From Macrostomum lignano (Eukaryota), in the NCBI GenBank assembly GCA_002269645.1, contig NIVC01000059.1, positions 558,001 to 622,000 on the forward strand: 64,000 nucleotides of DNA, read 5' to 3'. The notes under the pieces are model-generated. The model saw only the letters and a list, made by a program, of their open reading frames with translations. It ran no database searches and was not told the origin of the DNA. A program made the translations under genes and the position numbers. This document shows positions 12,652 through 24,354 of this stretch, piece by piece (positions within the stretch are counted from its first letter, which is position 1; the number at the start of each line of letters is the position of its first letter).

Positions 12652-13627
12652 TACTTTGGGTGTGTCAAAAGTTATGTCACTGATATGAAAACAGACGAAC
12701 TTGCAATCGCGGATGAACAAAACTGTACCACTTAACAACATAGAGTCCCCCAATATCAATCACCCTCTGGCAGTGCTCATACAGCTTGTCCACCTCAGCC
12801 TGCAGGTGTTTTTCCTCCAACTGCCGTAACCAGTGCAACGCGGCCTGTTTGACCTCTTCATGGTTTGCGAAACTCTTCTTGGAAAAGTCAGCCTTCAGCC
12901 ATTTGAACAGGAATCTCTTGCACAAGTTGAAGTTCGGGCTGTAGGGACTCTGTCAGAGCATATTCACTCGCCATGCAGGCAGAAAATTTGAAAAAGCCTT
13001 ACAGGTGTGTGGCCGTGTGGTGTCCATCTGCCACAGAACCTCATCCAGGTGACATGGATTTGACCGGAGATTGCGCCAGAGGTCTCCAGTGTGCCGGATA
13101 AAGTCGATAAAATACTGGCCATCGACTTTGGTGTTCGGTGGAGTTGTGCAGATGGAGACTCGTTCATTTGGCGTGAAGGCTACCAGCAGCATGGTCTTCT
13201 TGTCCAAGATGGACTTCCTGGTCACAGTCGCCCTGGAGTCCCCAGCTCCCAGCCAGCAGCGATTGTCTGCCTTGCTGCCCTTGCCATCCAGGTGGAGCCA
13301 GCTTTCATCCTCAGCAACCAGGCAGTTTAGGATGTCATTCAAGCCCCGCCTGCTGAACACCTTGTGGATCTGCTTGATGCAGGCATCTTGTCGAGATTCA
13401 TGGTGATTTTTGTTCGCTGCATAGACAATTTTTCATCGCGTTGCACTTGCTAAATCTGCTTGGCGTATTCTTGTGATAGCTTGGGCCATAAACAACCTAT
13501 GCACGTCTCAAATGCACTGGTATTGCTTCACTAAGTATACTTTGCAGCTACGCTACCCACAAGTCCATGTGCCTACATATTTTAGACAGAAGCCTGCAGT
13601 GACATTACTTATGACACACCCGAAGTA
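12652..13627 (-). mobile_element. Internally deleted, decayed Tc1/mariner DNA transposon
   Basis: 31-bp terminal inverted repeats including TA (TACTTTGGGTGTGTCAAAAGTTATGTCACTG vs reverse complement of 13597-13627, 3 mismatches). Transposase remnants DESWL, MDTTRPH and SPYSPNFNLC are split across frames. Confidence 0.88.
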
Positions 13628-14167
13628 GATATAGATAGACTAAAAAATAAATATGGCTATAGATATAGAACATAGGTCATGGGAAAAATTTAGTTACGGT
13701 AGATTTCTAGCTAACTTTATTCACATTATTTTCATAGTTGAACTTTTTAGTGATAATATATCTTATTTTAGTTTGCTATCAATTCAAATATTATTTATAT
13801 TCTTCATATGATGTCTCTTAGTCTGGTTTAAACTGGTTAGTGACTAGTCAAGGCCAAGTTACAAACCAATGTAATATGTCTGTTTCTACTAGTAAAGATA
13901 AGCTTATGGCCTTAATAGTAGCACTTTATCTGTTTCCTATCAACTAAGATAACACCTATTAAAAACATGCTGTTGTATTGAGATAAATTCAAAAGAATTT
14001 TAACAAACATTGTTTGTATCTTAATACTTGTATATCTATTAAAATGATTAATAGGCAAGAAACTTGTTGGTCTAAGTTTTACTAATTCAAGTCAGCTAAA
14101 ATCCGATAATGAATTTATAATAAAATGTTTCAATTTGAATTGCAGACCACTTAATAAACAGAAATAG

Positions 14168-17100
14168 ATGGCAGACACAAACCTGCTACCAGCTCCTAAT
14201 GGTTACCAGCAACCCCGACAGCCACTTTATGGCACCTTATTGACTGTGCCACTGCTGCCTGGTGACAATTCCTCAATAAATCATTGCGAAGATGACAATC
14301 AGCAGCAGCATGGGCCAATGCCGCCACCAAGTAGTATTGATGGCGAAGATGACAATGAAAGTCTAGGAGGAGTGACAGCTTCCACTATTAATCCAGTTGG
14401 AGACGATAGAATGCGACGAAGATTAAAATACTTCTTTATGACTCCGTGCGAGAAATATCAAGCTAAAGGTCGGCTGCCGCTCAAGCTGTTGCTTCAGCTG
14501 TTGAAAGTGCTGCTTGTCACTATGCAACTGTACGTGTTCGGAATGGAGAGCTCTGGTCACGTGTATTTTCTCAAGACTGCCCAGACTGCGTTTAAGCACC
14601 TTTTTTTGGAGGTGGGTCTGATTTGTACTTTTTCCGTTGCTTTGTGGTAGGATAGGAGAGTTGGTGAGCAGGGGTAGCATTTTGGCGTGGTGGGGGACAG
14701 GGGTAGGAAAGTTGGGGGTGGTGGGGGTAGGAAAGTTGGGTTGGCGGGGTTAGGAAAGTGGGGGTGGTGGAGGTAGGAAAGTTGGAGTGGTGGGAAAAAG
14801 TTAGGGTGGTGGTGTTAGGAAAGTTGGGGTGGTGGGGTCGGAAAGTTAGGGGTAGTGGGGGTAGGAAAGTAGGGGTTGGTGGGAGTAGGAAAGTTGGAGT
14901 GGTGGGGGTCGGAAAGTTGGGAGTGGGGGTAAGGAAATTTGGGGTTGGTGGGGGTAGGAAAGTTCTGGTTGGTGGGGTAGGAAAGTTGCGGGGGTGGGGT
15001 CGGAAAGTTGAGGGTGGTGGGGGTAGGAAAGTTGGGGTGGTGGGGTAGGAAAGTTGGGGTGGTGGGGTAGGAAAGTTGGGGTGGTGGGGTAGGAAAGTTG
15101 GGGTGGTGGGGTAGGAAAGTTGGGGTGGTGGGGTAGGAAAGTTGGGGTGGTGGGGTAGGAAAGTTGGGGTGGTGGGGTAGGAAAGTTGGGGTGGTGGGGT
15201 AGGAAAGTGGGGGTGGTGGGGTCGGAAAGTTGAGGGTGGTGGGGTAGGAAAGTTGGGGTGGTGGGGTCGGAAAGTTGGGGTGGTGGGGGTAGGAAAGTTT
15301 GGGTAGTGCGGTAGAAAAATATTATAGGAGGGGTAGAAAATATTGGACAGACTTGTAAAATATCGGAAATATAGTTCACGATATTAAAATAATAAAATTG
15401 CAGTCCTGGGACCCCAGCTGGGAGACGCCGCCCTATCCGCCGTCGCACGGCCCCTACGCAGTTTACACTTACGACAGTTTCTATTCGGCAATAAATTTTG
15501 CATTAGCCGGTTACAACGGCACGGCTAGTGATTCGGTTGGATCGTTCGCTCCGCCTGCTGCAGCCAATGAAAGCCAGCCGGAGCCGCCGTCTCTGTGTCT
15601 GATGCACTACGCTAATTTAACGGTTGATGCGGCCAATTTCCGATACGTGATTGATAGAGAGGTGAACCGCTAAACACAAAACACAAGCGCGCCAATACTG
15701 TACGCAAGCACGCACTCATATCGTACATCGGCCCTGACCTGACTTTCAAAGCGTCAGGCATTGTACGCTGTGTGTGCCATTTTCGATTCACCTTTACTAT
15801 CATTAATCTGCAGGTGTCAACCCGGTGTTTCGAAATGCTTCCACTGCCTGATGGCAATGGAACTTGGCGTTACGACACTCGCCGCCTGCTTGAAGAAGAA
15901 GGCTACAATTTGAATTTCGAGATCGTGTTGACTGCTCAATTGCAGTTTTATGTGAATTCTATTCACTTTAATTTTGAGCATCCCAGACTGTCTGCCGCCG
16001 AGTGCTTCTTGTTTAATGTGTCTGTGAGTTTGTAGGGGGAATGGGTGAACAAAGATAGGTCAGCAGAAAGCTGTCTGATACCCATAATTAACCTATTTCG
16101 CCTCCATCGGCTCCCCAATCGGCGCCCCCATCTCCCCAATCGGCGCCCAATCGGCACCCCCATCTTCTCTTCAATCGGCGCCCCCATCTCCCCAATCGGC
16201 GCCCCCATCTCCTCAATCGGCGCCCAATCGGCGCCCCCATCTTCTCCCCAATCGGCGCCCCCATCTTCTCCCCAATCGGCGCCCCCATCTTCTCCCCAAT
16301 CGGCGCCCCATCTTCTCCCCAAGTCGGCGCCCCATCTTCTCCCCAATCGGCGCCCCATCTTCTCCCCAAGTCGGCGCCCCCATCTTCTCCCTCATCGGCG
16401 CTCTCATTGGCGCCCTAATCTGCATGCAGTGCAAAGCAATAACTATATCAAAAAACTGTACCATCGCAGATTCTATTCGATAACCGGGCCCATACTGGCC
16501 AGGTGCAAGTGAGCCTGATCGCCGATCCAATTGAACATCGGTGCAGCGTTGAGGAACAATTTGGCCAGATTGAGAAGGCCGTCTCGTACACCATTTTGGA
16601 CGTGTCGGTCATTCTGGTGTGTCTGCTGTCCTTTGTTAGCTGTGTCCGCAGCCTCTACAAAGGGAACAGGATGCGGCTGGTGAGGCCACTGGTTGTGTCC
16701 TTGGTAGTCCTAAATTTGTTGAACTGACTGGCTTGCAACTTTCCAACTGTAAATTGACCTGCCTCAATGTATTGCATAATTTGAGCTAGATCCACTCATC
16801 CACCTCCCTGCCCCAATGTACATTGAGCTCCACTCATCCACCTCCCTGCCCCAATGTACATTGAACTAGCTCCACTCATCCACCTCCCTGCCCCAATGTA
16901 CATTAAGTTAGCTCCACTCATCCACCTCCCTGCCCCAATGTACATTGAGCTCCACTCATCCACCTCCCTGCCCCAATGTACATTGAGTTAGCTCCACTCA
17001 TCCACCTCCCTGCCCCAATGTACATTGAGCTTCACTCATCCACCTCCCTGCCCCAATGTACATTGAGCTTCACTCATCCGCCTCCCTGCCCCAATGTACA

Positions 17101-20100
17101 TTGAGCTTCACTCATCTACCTCCCTGCCCCAATGTACATTGAGCTTCACTAATCCACTTCCCTGCCCCAATGTACATCGAGTCTTAAAGCCCAAATTTGT
17201 TAGCAGTAATTCAGATAAGTGTTATTTTGATAGCTTCGCTACAATTATGATTACATTATCAATCACTTCAACGCCTCACATGCAGCGAACAAGGCGCTAC
17301 TTTCGCAACAATTTCAACTACAAGCTCAACCTTGACGAACAGTGCGAATTCATCAACCTGTGGTTCGCCCTAATTATCCTTAACGATCTGCTCACTCTAA
17401 TTGGCTCGCTAATGAAGATTCTTATTGAGTACAAGGTGAAATTTTATACCTATTTCAATGATTACTAATATTACACTTATTATGAATGTACTCATAATCT
17501 ATAAATTTCCCATTGGTAAAACAGACCATCGATAACTATACGGTTTGCGGTTTGTTTCTCGGCAGCGGCGCTATGCTAGTCTGGTTTGGCACTCTGCGCT
17601 ATCTTGGCTACTTTTCCAAGTACAATGTAAGTAGTACGAATGGCGAAGCTTAACTTACTTTTTTTCTTCTCGTAAAAAACAAGAGTGTTACATTTTTTTA
17701 ATTTTCCGCTAATTTTTACTTTTAGCAACCATTGCCCAACCTAAATGTTCATTGAGTCATAGCTGTCGTGACACCTCTGCCCGTACATTAACCTCCACAG
17801 CCACCTCCCTGCCCCAATGTACATTAACCTCCACAGCCACCTCCCTGCCCCAATGTACATTAACCTCCACAGCCACCTCCCTGCCCCAATGTACATTAAC
17901 CTCCACAGCCACCTCCCTGCCCCAATGTACATTAACCTCCACGGCCACTCCCTGCCCCAATGTACATTAACCTCCACAGCCACCTCCCTGCCCCAATGTA
18001 CACTAACCTCCACAGCCACCTCCCTGCCCCAATGTACACTAACCTCTACAGCCACCTCCTGCCCTAATGTACATTAACCTCTACAGCCACCTCCCTGCCC
18101 CAATGTACACTAACCTCTACAGCCTTCTCCCTGCCTCAATGTACACTAACCTCTACAGCCACCTCCCTGCCCCAATGTACACTAACCTCTACAGCCACCT
18201 CCCTGCCCCAATGTACACTAACCTCTACAGCCACCTCCCTGCCCCAATACACACTAACCTCCACAGCCACCTCCCTGCCCCAATGTACATTAACCTCCAC
18301 AGCCACCTCCCTGCCCCAATGTACATTCACCTCCTCAGCCACCTCCCTGCCCCAATGTACACTAACCTCTACAGCCACCTCCCTGCCTCAATGTACACTA
18401 ACCTCCACAGCCACCTCCCTGCCCCAATGTACACTAACCTCTACAGCCACCTCCCTGCCCCAATGTACACTAACCTCTACAGCCACCTCCCTGCCCCAAT
18501 ACACACTAACCTCCACAGCCACCTCCCTGCCCCAATGTACACTAACCTCCACAGCCACCTCCCTGCCCCAATGTACACTAACCTCCACAGCCACCTCCCT
18601 GCCCCAATGTACACTAACCTCCACAGCCACCTCCCTGCCCCAATGCACACTAACCTCCACAGCCACCTCCCTGCCCCAATGTACACTAACCTCCACAGCC
18701 ACCTCCCTGCCCCAATGCACACTAACCTCCACAGCCACCTCCCTGCCCCAATGTACACTAACCTCTACAGCCACCTCCCTGCCCTAATGTACACTAACCT
18801 CCACAGCCACCTCCCTGCCTCAATGTACACTAACCTCTATAGCCACCTCCCTGCCCCAATGTACACTAACCTCTATAGCCACCTCCCTGCCCCAATGTAC
18901 ACTAACCTCTATAGCCACCTCCCTGCCCCAATGTACACTTGCCTCAAAGTCGTCTAATTTGGTCAAACCACCCGTTTTACTCGCAGGTCCTACTGCTGAC
19001 AATCAAACGCAGTCTGCCAGACATCTGCCGCTTCCTAATCTGTGCAGTCGTCTTATTCTTAGCCTTCTCTCTATTCGGCTGGATCACATTCGGACCGTAT
19101 CACGTGAAATTTGGTACATTCTTCTCCTCGCTTGAATGCCTATTTGCTCTAGTTAATGGCGACGATATATTTACAACTTTCGCTTTGATCCCGTCTACAA
19201 CCAATACTTATATCTACGTTGTGTCCAGAATCTATCTCTACTCATTTTTGTCGCTGTTTATTTATATTGTACTCAACGTCTGCATCTCTATTATACTGGA
19301 AGCTTACGAGACTGTGACGGTGAGTATAAGTACGTTTTGTTCTTTTTTTACTGACCTTTGTAGGGTGTTCTGATGAAGCTCTTAGAGTAATTCAAGATCA
19401 AGTGTTTTATGAGAGGCTAGCGAGCTTTATAAGTATCCTCTCATCCTCGAGGGTGTCTTCTTATCCTCGAGGGTGTCTTCTTATCCTCGAGGGTGTCTTC
19501 TTATCCTCGAGGGTGTCTTCTTATCCTCGAGGGTGTCTTCTTATCCTCGAGGGTTTCTTCTATCCTTAAGGGTGTTTTCTAATTATCCTCGAGGGTGTCT
19601 TCTAATCTTTCTGGGTGTCTTCTTATCCTCGTGGGTGTCTTATAATCCTCGAGGTTGTCTTCTAATCCTCGAGGTTGTCTTCTAATCCTCGAGGGTGTCT
19701 TATCCTCGAGGGTGTCTTCTTATCCTCGAAGGTGTCTTCTTATCCTCGAAGGTGTCTTCTTATCCTCGAGGGTGTTTTATAATTATCCTCGAGGGTGTCT
19801 TCTAATCTTTCTGGGTGTCTTCTTATCCTCGAGGGTGTCTTGTAATCCTCGAGAGTGTCTTCTTATCCTCGAGGGTGTCTTCTTATCCTCGAGGGTGTCT
19901 TCTTATCCTCGAGGGTGTCTTCTTATCTTCGAGGGTGTCTTCTTATCCTCGAGGGTGTCTTCTAATCTTTCTGGGTGTCTTCTTATCCTCGAAGGTGTCT
20001 TCTTATCCTCGAGGGTGTCTTCTAATCTTTCTGGGTGTCTTCTTATCCTCGAGGGTGTCTTGTAATCCTCGAGAGTGTCTTCTAATCCTTGAGAGTGTCT

Positions 20101-21030
20101 TCTTATCCTCGAGGGTGTCTTATTATCCTCGAAGGTGTCTTCTTATTCTCGAGGGTGTCCGTTAATCTTTCTGGATGTCTATACTCCTGGTGGGTGTCCT
20201 CTAATCTTTTTGTGTGCCTTCTTATTCTCGTCCTCTAATCCTTGAGGGTGTCCTCTAATCCTCTTGTGTGTTTTCTACTCCTCGTGGGTGTCTTCTACTA
20301 ATTGTGGGTGTCCTCTAGTCTTTCTGGGTGTCTTCTTATTCTCGTCCTCTAATCCTTGAGGGTGTCCTCTAATCCTTGAGGGTGTCCTCTAATCCTCGTG
20401 GGTGTCTTCTACTAATTGTGGGTATCTTCTAATCCTCGTGGATGTCTACTTTTTCCAAATCAACAGCGTCGCGGCACCTCCCAGCCTCCGAACTCGCGAA
20501 TGTGGGCCTTCATCGCCGAGTGCGCCGATCCTGCCAACTCGTTGGCCTATAGAAACGACGCCGGCATGCGAAAACGGCGCTTATCGACAGCGGCCTCAGC
20601 TGCCGACTTGGCCGGCTGGTTGTCGCGTTGGTTTCAAGCTTCTCTAGTGTCAAGAGTCAACAATAACAACAACAAAATTAACAACCCTACCGCGGCGGCG
20701 GATGTCGATTTGGTTATTGAACAGGACGACGGCGAGAGACCGACGTTTCTTGTCGGCGGTAACAACGGCGCCGGTGGTGGCGGCGAAGCTCGACGGGCCG
20801 TCAGTAATCGACGTCGCCGATCTCGTCGTCGGCTACGTCGACGCGGCGTCGGTGGCGGCGGTGGCGACTTGCCGCTGCCCGAGCCCGTCGCCAGCGCCGA
20901 CGCCGTGGCCACCTCCAGCGAGGCCGACAGCGACGACGATAACGATGTTTTCGGCCAGTGCGACGGCGAGGCTGGCAGCAGCGACACTGTCGACGACGTG
21001 CTTGACGGCAGATGTCTGGAGCGGGTCTGA
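14168..21030 (+). CDS. MCOLN: Mucolipin / TRPML lysosomal cation channel, 8 exons, ~756 aa
   Basis: Exons 14168-14611, 15404-15661, 15814-16023, 16470-16679, 17286-17435, 17525-17626, 18987-19319, 20467-21030; all GT-AG and in frame. Motifs LKYFFMTPCEKY, YPP..GPYAVYT, FDNRAHTG, FINLWF, pore ECLFALVNGDDIF and C-terminal FIAEC. Confidence 0.95.
14690..15300. repeat. G-rich ~21-bp minisatellite (GGTAGGAAAGTTGGGGTGGTG) in mucolipin intron 1
   Basis: Tandem copies visible. Confidence 0.9.
15691..15778 (-). mobile_element. Copy A (shortest) of a dispersed SINE-like hairpin repeat, in mucolipin intron 2
   Basis: GCCAATACTGTACGCA(A/G)GCAC(G/A)CACTCA...GGCCC...TGTAC...TGTGCC is shared with 27693-27815. 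Confidence 0.55.
16100..16420. repeat. ~24-bp minisatellite (CCCCAATCGGCGCCCCCATCTTCT) in mucolipin intron 3
   Basis: Tandem copies visible. Confidence 0.88.
16785..17180. repeat. ~38-bp minisatellite (CCACTCATCCACCTCCCTGCCCCAATGTACATTGAGCT) in mucolipin intron 4
   Basis: Tandem copies visible; core shared with the intron 6 array. Confidence 0.88.
17770..18940. repeat. 36-bp minisatellite (CCACAGCCACCTCCCTGCCCCAATGTACACTAACCT) in mucolipin intron 6
   Basis: About 32 tandem copies. Confidence 0.92.
19435..20440. repeat. 20-bp minisatellite (CTTATCCTCGAGGGTGTCTT) in mucolipin intron 7
   Basis: Tandem copies degrade toward the 3' end. Confidence 0.9.
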
Positions 21031-21059
21031 AGTCTGCAGTTCTTTTTTGAGGGGGAGCA

Positions 21060-22445
21060 CTGGTCTCATTGAGATGGCATAGGTCAGTGTGTGGATCTCA
21101 TTGAGATCTCATGGGTCAGTGTGTGGATCTCATTGAGATGGCATAGGTCAGTGTGTGGATCTCATTGAGATAGCATAGGTCAGTATGTGGATCTCATTGA
21201 GATCTCAGGTCAGTGTGTGGATCTAATTGAAATCTCATAGGTCAGTGTGTGGATCTAATTGAAATCTCATAGGTCAGTGTGTGGATCTAATTGAGATCTC
21301 ATAGGTCAGTGTGGGTCTCATTGAGATTTCATAGGTCAGTGTGTGGATCTAATTGAGATCTCATAGGTCAGTGTGGGTCTCATTAAGATCTCATAGGTCA
21401 GTGTGTAGATCTCATTGAGATCTCGTAGATCAGTGTTTGGATCTCATTGAGATCTCATACGTCAGTGTGTGGATCTCATTGAGATAGCATAGGTCAGTAT
21501 GTGGATCTCATTGAGATCTCAGGTCAGTGTGTGGATCTAATTGAAATCTCATAGGTCAGTGTGTGGATCTAATTGAAATCTCATAGGTCAGTGTGTGGAT
21601 CTAATTGAGATCTCATAGGTCAGTGTGGGTCTCATTGAGATTTCATAGGTCAGTGTGTGGATCTAATTGAGATCTCATAGGTCAGTGTTGGTCTCATTGA
21701 GATCTCATAGGTCAGTGTGTAGATCTCATTGAGATCTCAAGGGTCAGTGTGTAGATCTCATTGAGATCTCGTAGATCAGTGTTTGGATCTCATTGAGATC
21801 TCATAGGTCAGTGTGGATCTCATTGAGATCTCATAGATAAGTTTGTAGATCTCATTGAGATCTCAAGGGTCAGTGTGTAGATCTCATTGAGATCTCGTAG
21901 ATCAGTGTTTGGATCTCATTGAGATCTTATAGGTCAGTGTGTGGATCTCATTGAGATAGCATAGGTCAGTGTGGGTCTCATTGAGATCTCATAGGTCCTT
22001 GTGGGTCTCATTGAGATCTCATAGGTCCTTGTGGGTCTCATTGAGATCTCATAGGTCAGTGTGGGTCTCATTGAGATCTCATAGGTCAGTGTGGGTCTCA
22101 GTGAGATCACAAAGGTCAGTGTGGCCATTGAGATCTCATAGGTCAGTGTGCGTCTCATTGAGATCTCATAGTTCAGTGTGGATCTCATTGAGATCTCATA
22201 GGTCAGTGTGTGGATCTTATTGAGATTTCATAGGTCAGTTTGTAGACCTCATTGAGATCTTATAGGTCAGTGTAGATCTCATTGAGATCTCATAGGTCAG
22301 TTTGTAGATCTCATTGAGATCTCATAGGTCAGTTTGTAGACCTCATTGAGATCTCATAGGTCAGTGTAGATCTCATTGAGATCTCATAGGTCAGTGTGGG
22401 TCTCATTAAGATCTCATAGTTCAATCTAGTTGTCTCAATGAGATC
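21060..22445. repeat. ~30-32-bp minisatellite (CTCATTGAGATCTCATAGGTCAGTGTGTGGAT) just downstream of the mucolipin stop
   Basis: Tandem copies; the unit contains the palindrome GAGATCTC. Confidence 0.92.
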
Positions 22446-23134
22446 TCAGTACGCGACCCGACCTCACAACGCCGAGAATTCAGGGTTTTTATCAATGCAG
22501 AATGGTTTCTAATAAACTACTTTAATACCTTGAAATCAGTGCAATAGATTAAGTCTTGTGTACATGGGTTATATGCACTGATTTATTGTTTACAAAACTC
22601 CTCTATGAACAACAAACTTTATCACATCCCTGTATTATTCATCAATAAGAAGGTGAGAAAAACGTAATTTAGATTGATTCGATAGTGATGCTCTATTTTT
22701 GCATTTTTATTTCAAATACAATTCCAGATTTAATGTTGATACCGGCTCTTGGTTCCTTTCCAGGAGTTTTTGTCTACAAATATTAATATTCAACTTTTCA
22801 TATTTTAAAAAAATCGCAATATTTTTTCTGAGATTATGCCTGGCATGTCTGCAAAGATTGCTTTTTCGAATTTTTAAGGCACAAATTATGCCATGACAAT
22901 TTTTGGTGTTTAAACACCTCGATGCTTTAACTGTCTTTTGATGGTTTCTCGTCACAAAGAACCGATTTCCAGGCCAACTTGAAGTGCTTTCCTGTGTATT
23001 TGACTATGCCAACCAATATTTATTGCATTCTAGCAACTCGAAATATATATTGCTTCCAAGATTTGTCACTTATTTTGTTTCAGATTGCATAAAATCTGCT
23101 TTTTTGCCTAATTTTTTTTTAATATTTCGTAGCA

Positions 23135-24090
23135 TCTTCAGATCCTCAGTTGCTGGGCCAGCCTCCCAGATCCTCAGTTGCTGGGCCACTAGTCTCCCAG
23201 ATCCTCAGTTGCTGGGCCACTAGTCTCCCAGATCTTCAGTTGCTAGGCCAGCTTCCCAGATCCTCAGTTGCTCGGCCAGCCTTCCAGATCCTCAGTTACT
23301 GGGCCAGCCTCCCAGATCCTCAGTTGCTGGGCCACTAGCCTCCCAGATCTTCAGTTGCTAGGCCAGCCTCCCAGATCCTCAGTTGCTGGGCCACTAGCCT
23401 ACCAGATCTTCAGTTGCTAGGCCAGCCTCCCAGATCCTCAGTTGCAGGGCCAGCCTCCCAGATCCTCAGTTGCTGGGCCAGCCTCCCAGATCCTCAGTTG
23501 CTGGGCCAGCAGCCTCCCAGATCTTCAGTTGCTGGGCCAGCCTCCCAGATCCTCAGTTGCTGGGCCAGCCTCCCAGATCTTCAGTTGCTGGGCCAGCCTC
23601 CCAGATCCTCAGTTGCTGGGCCAGCCTCCCAGATCCTCAGTTGCTGGGCCAGCCTCCCAGATCCCCAGTTGCTGGGCCAGCCTCCCAGAGTGTCAGTTGC
23701 TGGGCCAGCCTCCCAGATCTTCAGTTGCTGGGCCAGCCTCCCAGATCCTCAGTTGCTGGGCCACTAGCCTCCCAGATCTTCAGTTGCTAGGCCAGCCTCC
23801 CAGATCTTCAGTTGCTAGGCCAGCCTCCCAGATCCTCAGTTGCTGGGCCAGCCTCCCAGATCTTCAGTTGCTGGGCCAGCCTCCCAGATCCTCAGTTGCT
23901 GGGCCAGCCTCCCAGAGTGTCAGTTGCTGGGCCAGCCTCTCAGATCCTCAGTTGCTGGGCCAGCCTCCCAGATCCTCAGTTGCTGGGCCAGCCTCCCAGA
24001 TCCTCAGTTGATGGGCCAGCCTCCCAGATCCTCAGTTGCTGGGCCAGCCTCCCAGATCTTCAGTTGCTGGGCCAGCCTCCCAGATCCAGC
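23135..24090. repeat. 28-bp minisatellite (GGGCCAGCCTCCCAGATCCTCAGTTGCT)
   Basis: Tandem copies, upstream of the SOCS-box gene. Confidence 0.92.
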
Positions 24091-24354
24091 CCTAATCCCC
24101 CATTCAATAGACCCTGGCCATAGACTAACTTTATGACCTTTTAAAGCATTCTTTTAGCCAAAGGCAATTCGAGAACCAATATTTAGGACAATAAATAAGA
24201 TCTATCCTCGACCCCTATAGTTTTCTTTGCACATCCTTCATGTATGCATTGGAGACAGTATAATTAGTATTGCTATTAGCGTGCGAGGCCTTCGTCTCTA
24301 CTATACCCTGAAGCTATAGAAACAAGCAAACAACAAGGACTGCAGCCTGAAGCC

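Noticed and set aside
19368-19395. CTGATGA followed by a short hairpin (hammerhead-like)
   Set aside because: The hairpin is followed by AATT rather than GAAA, and no helix I/III or NUH site is present.
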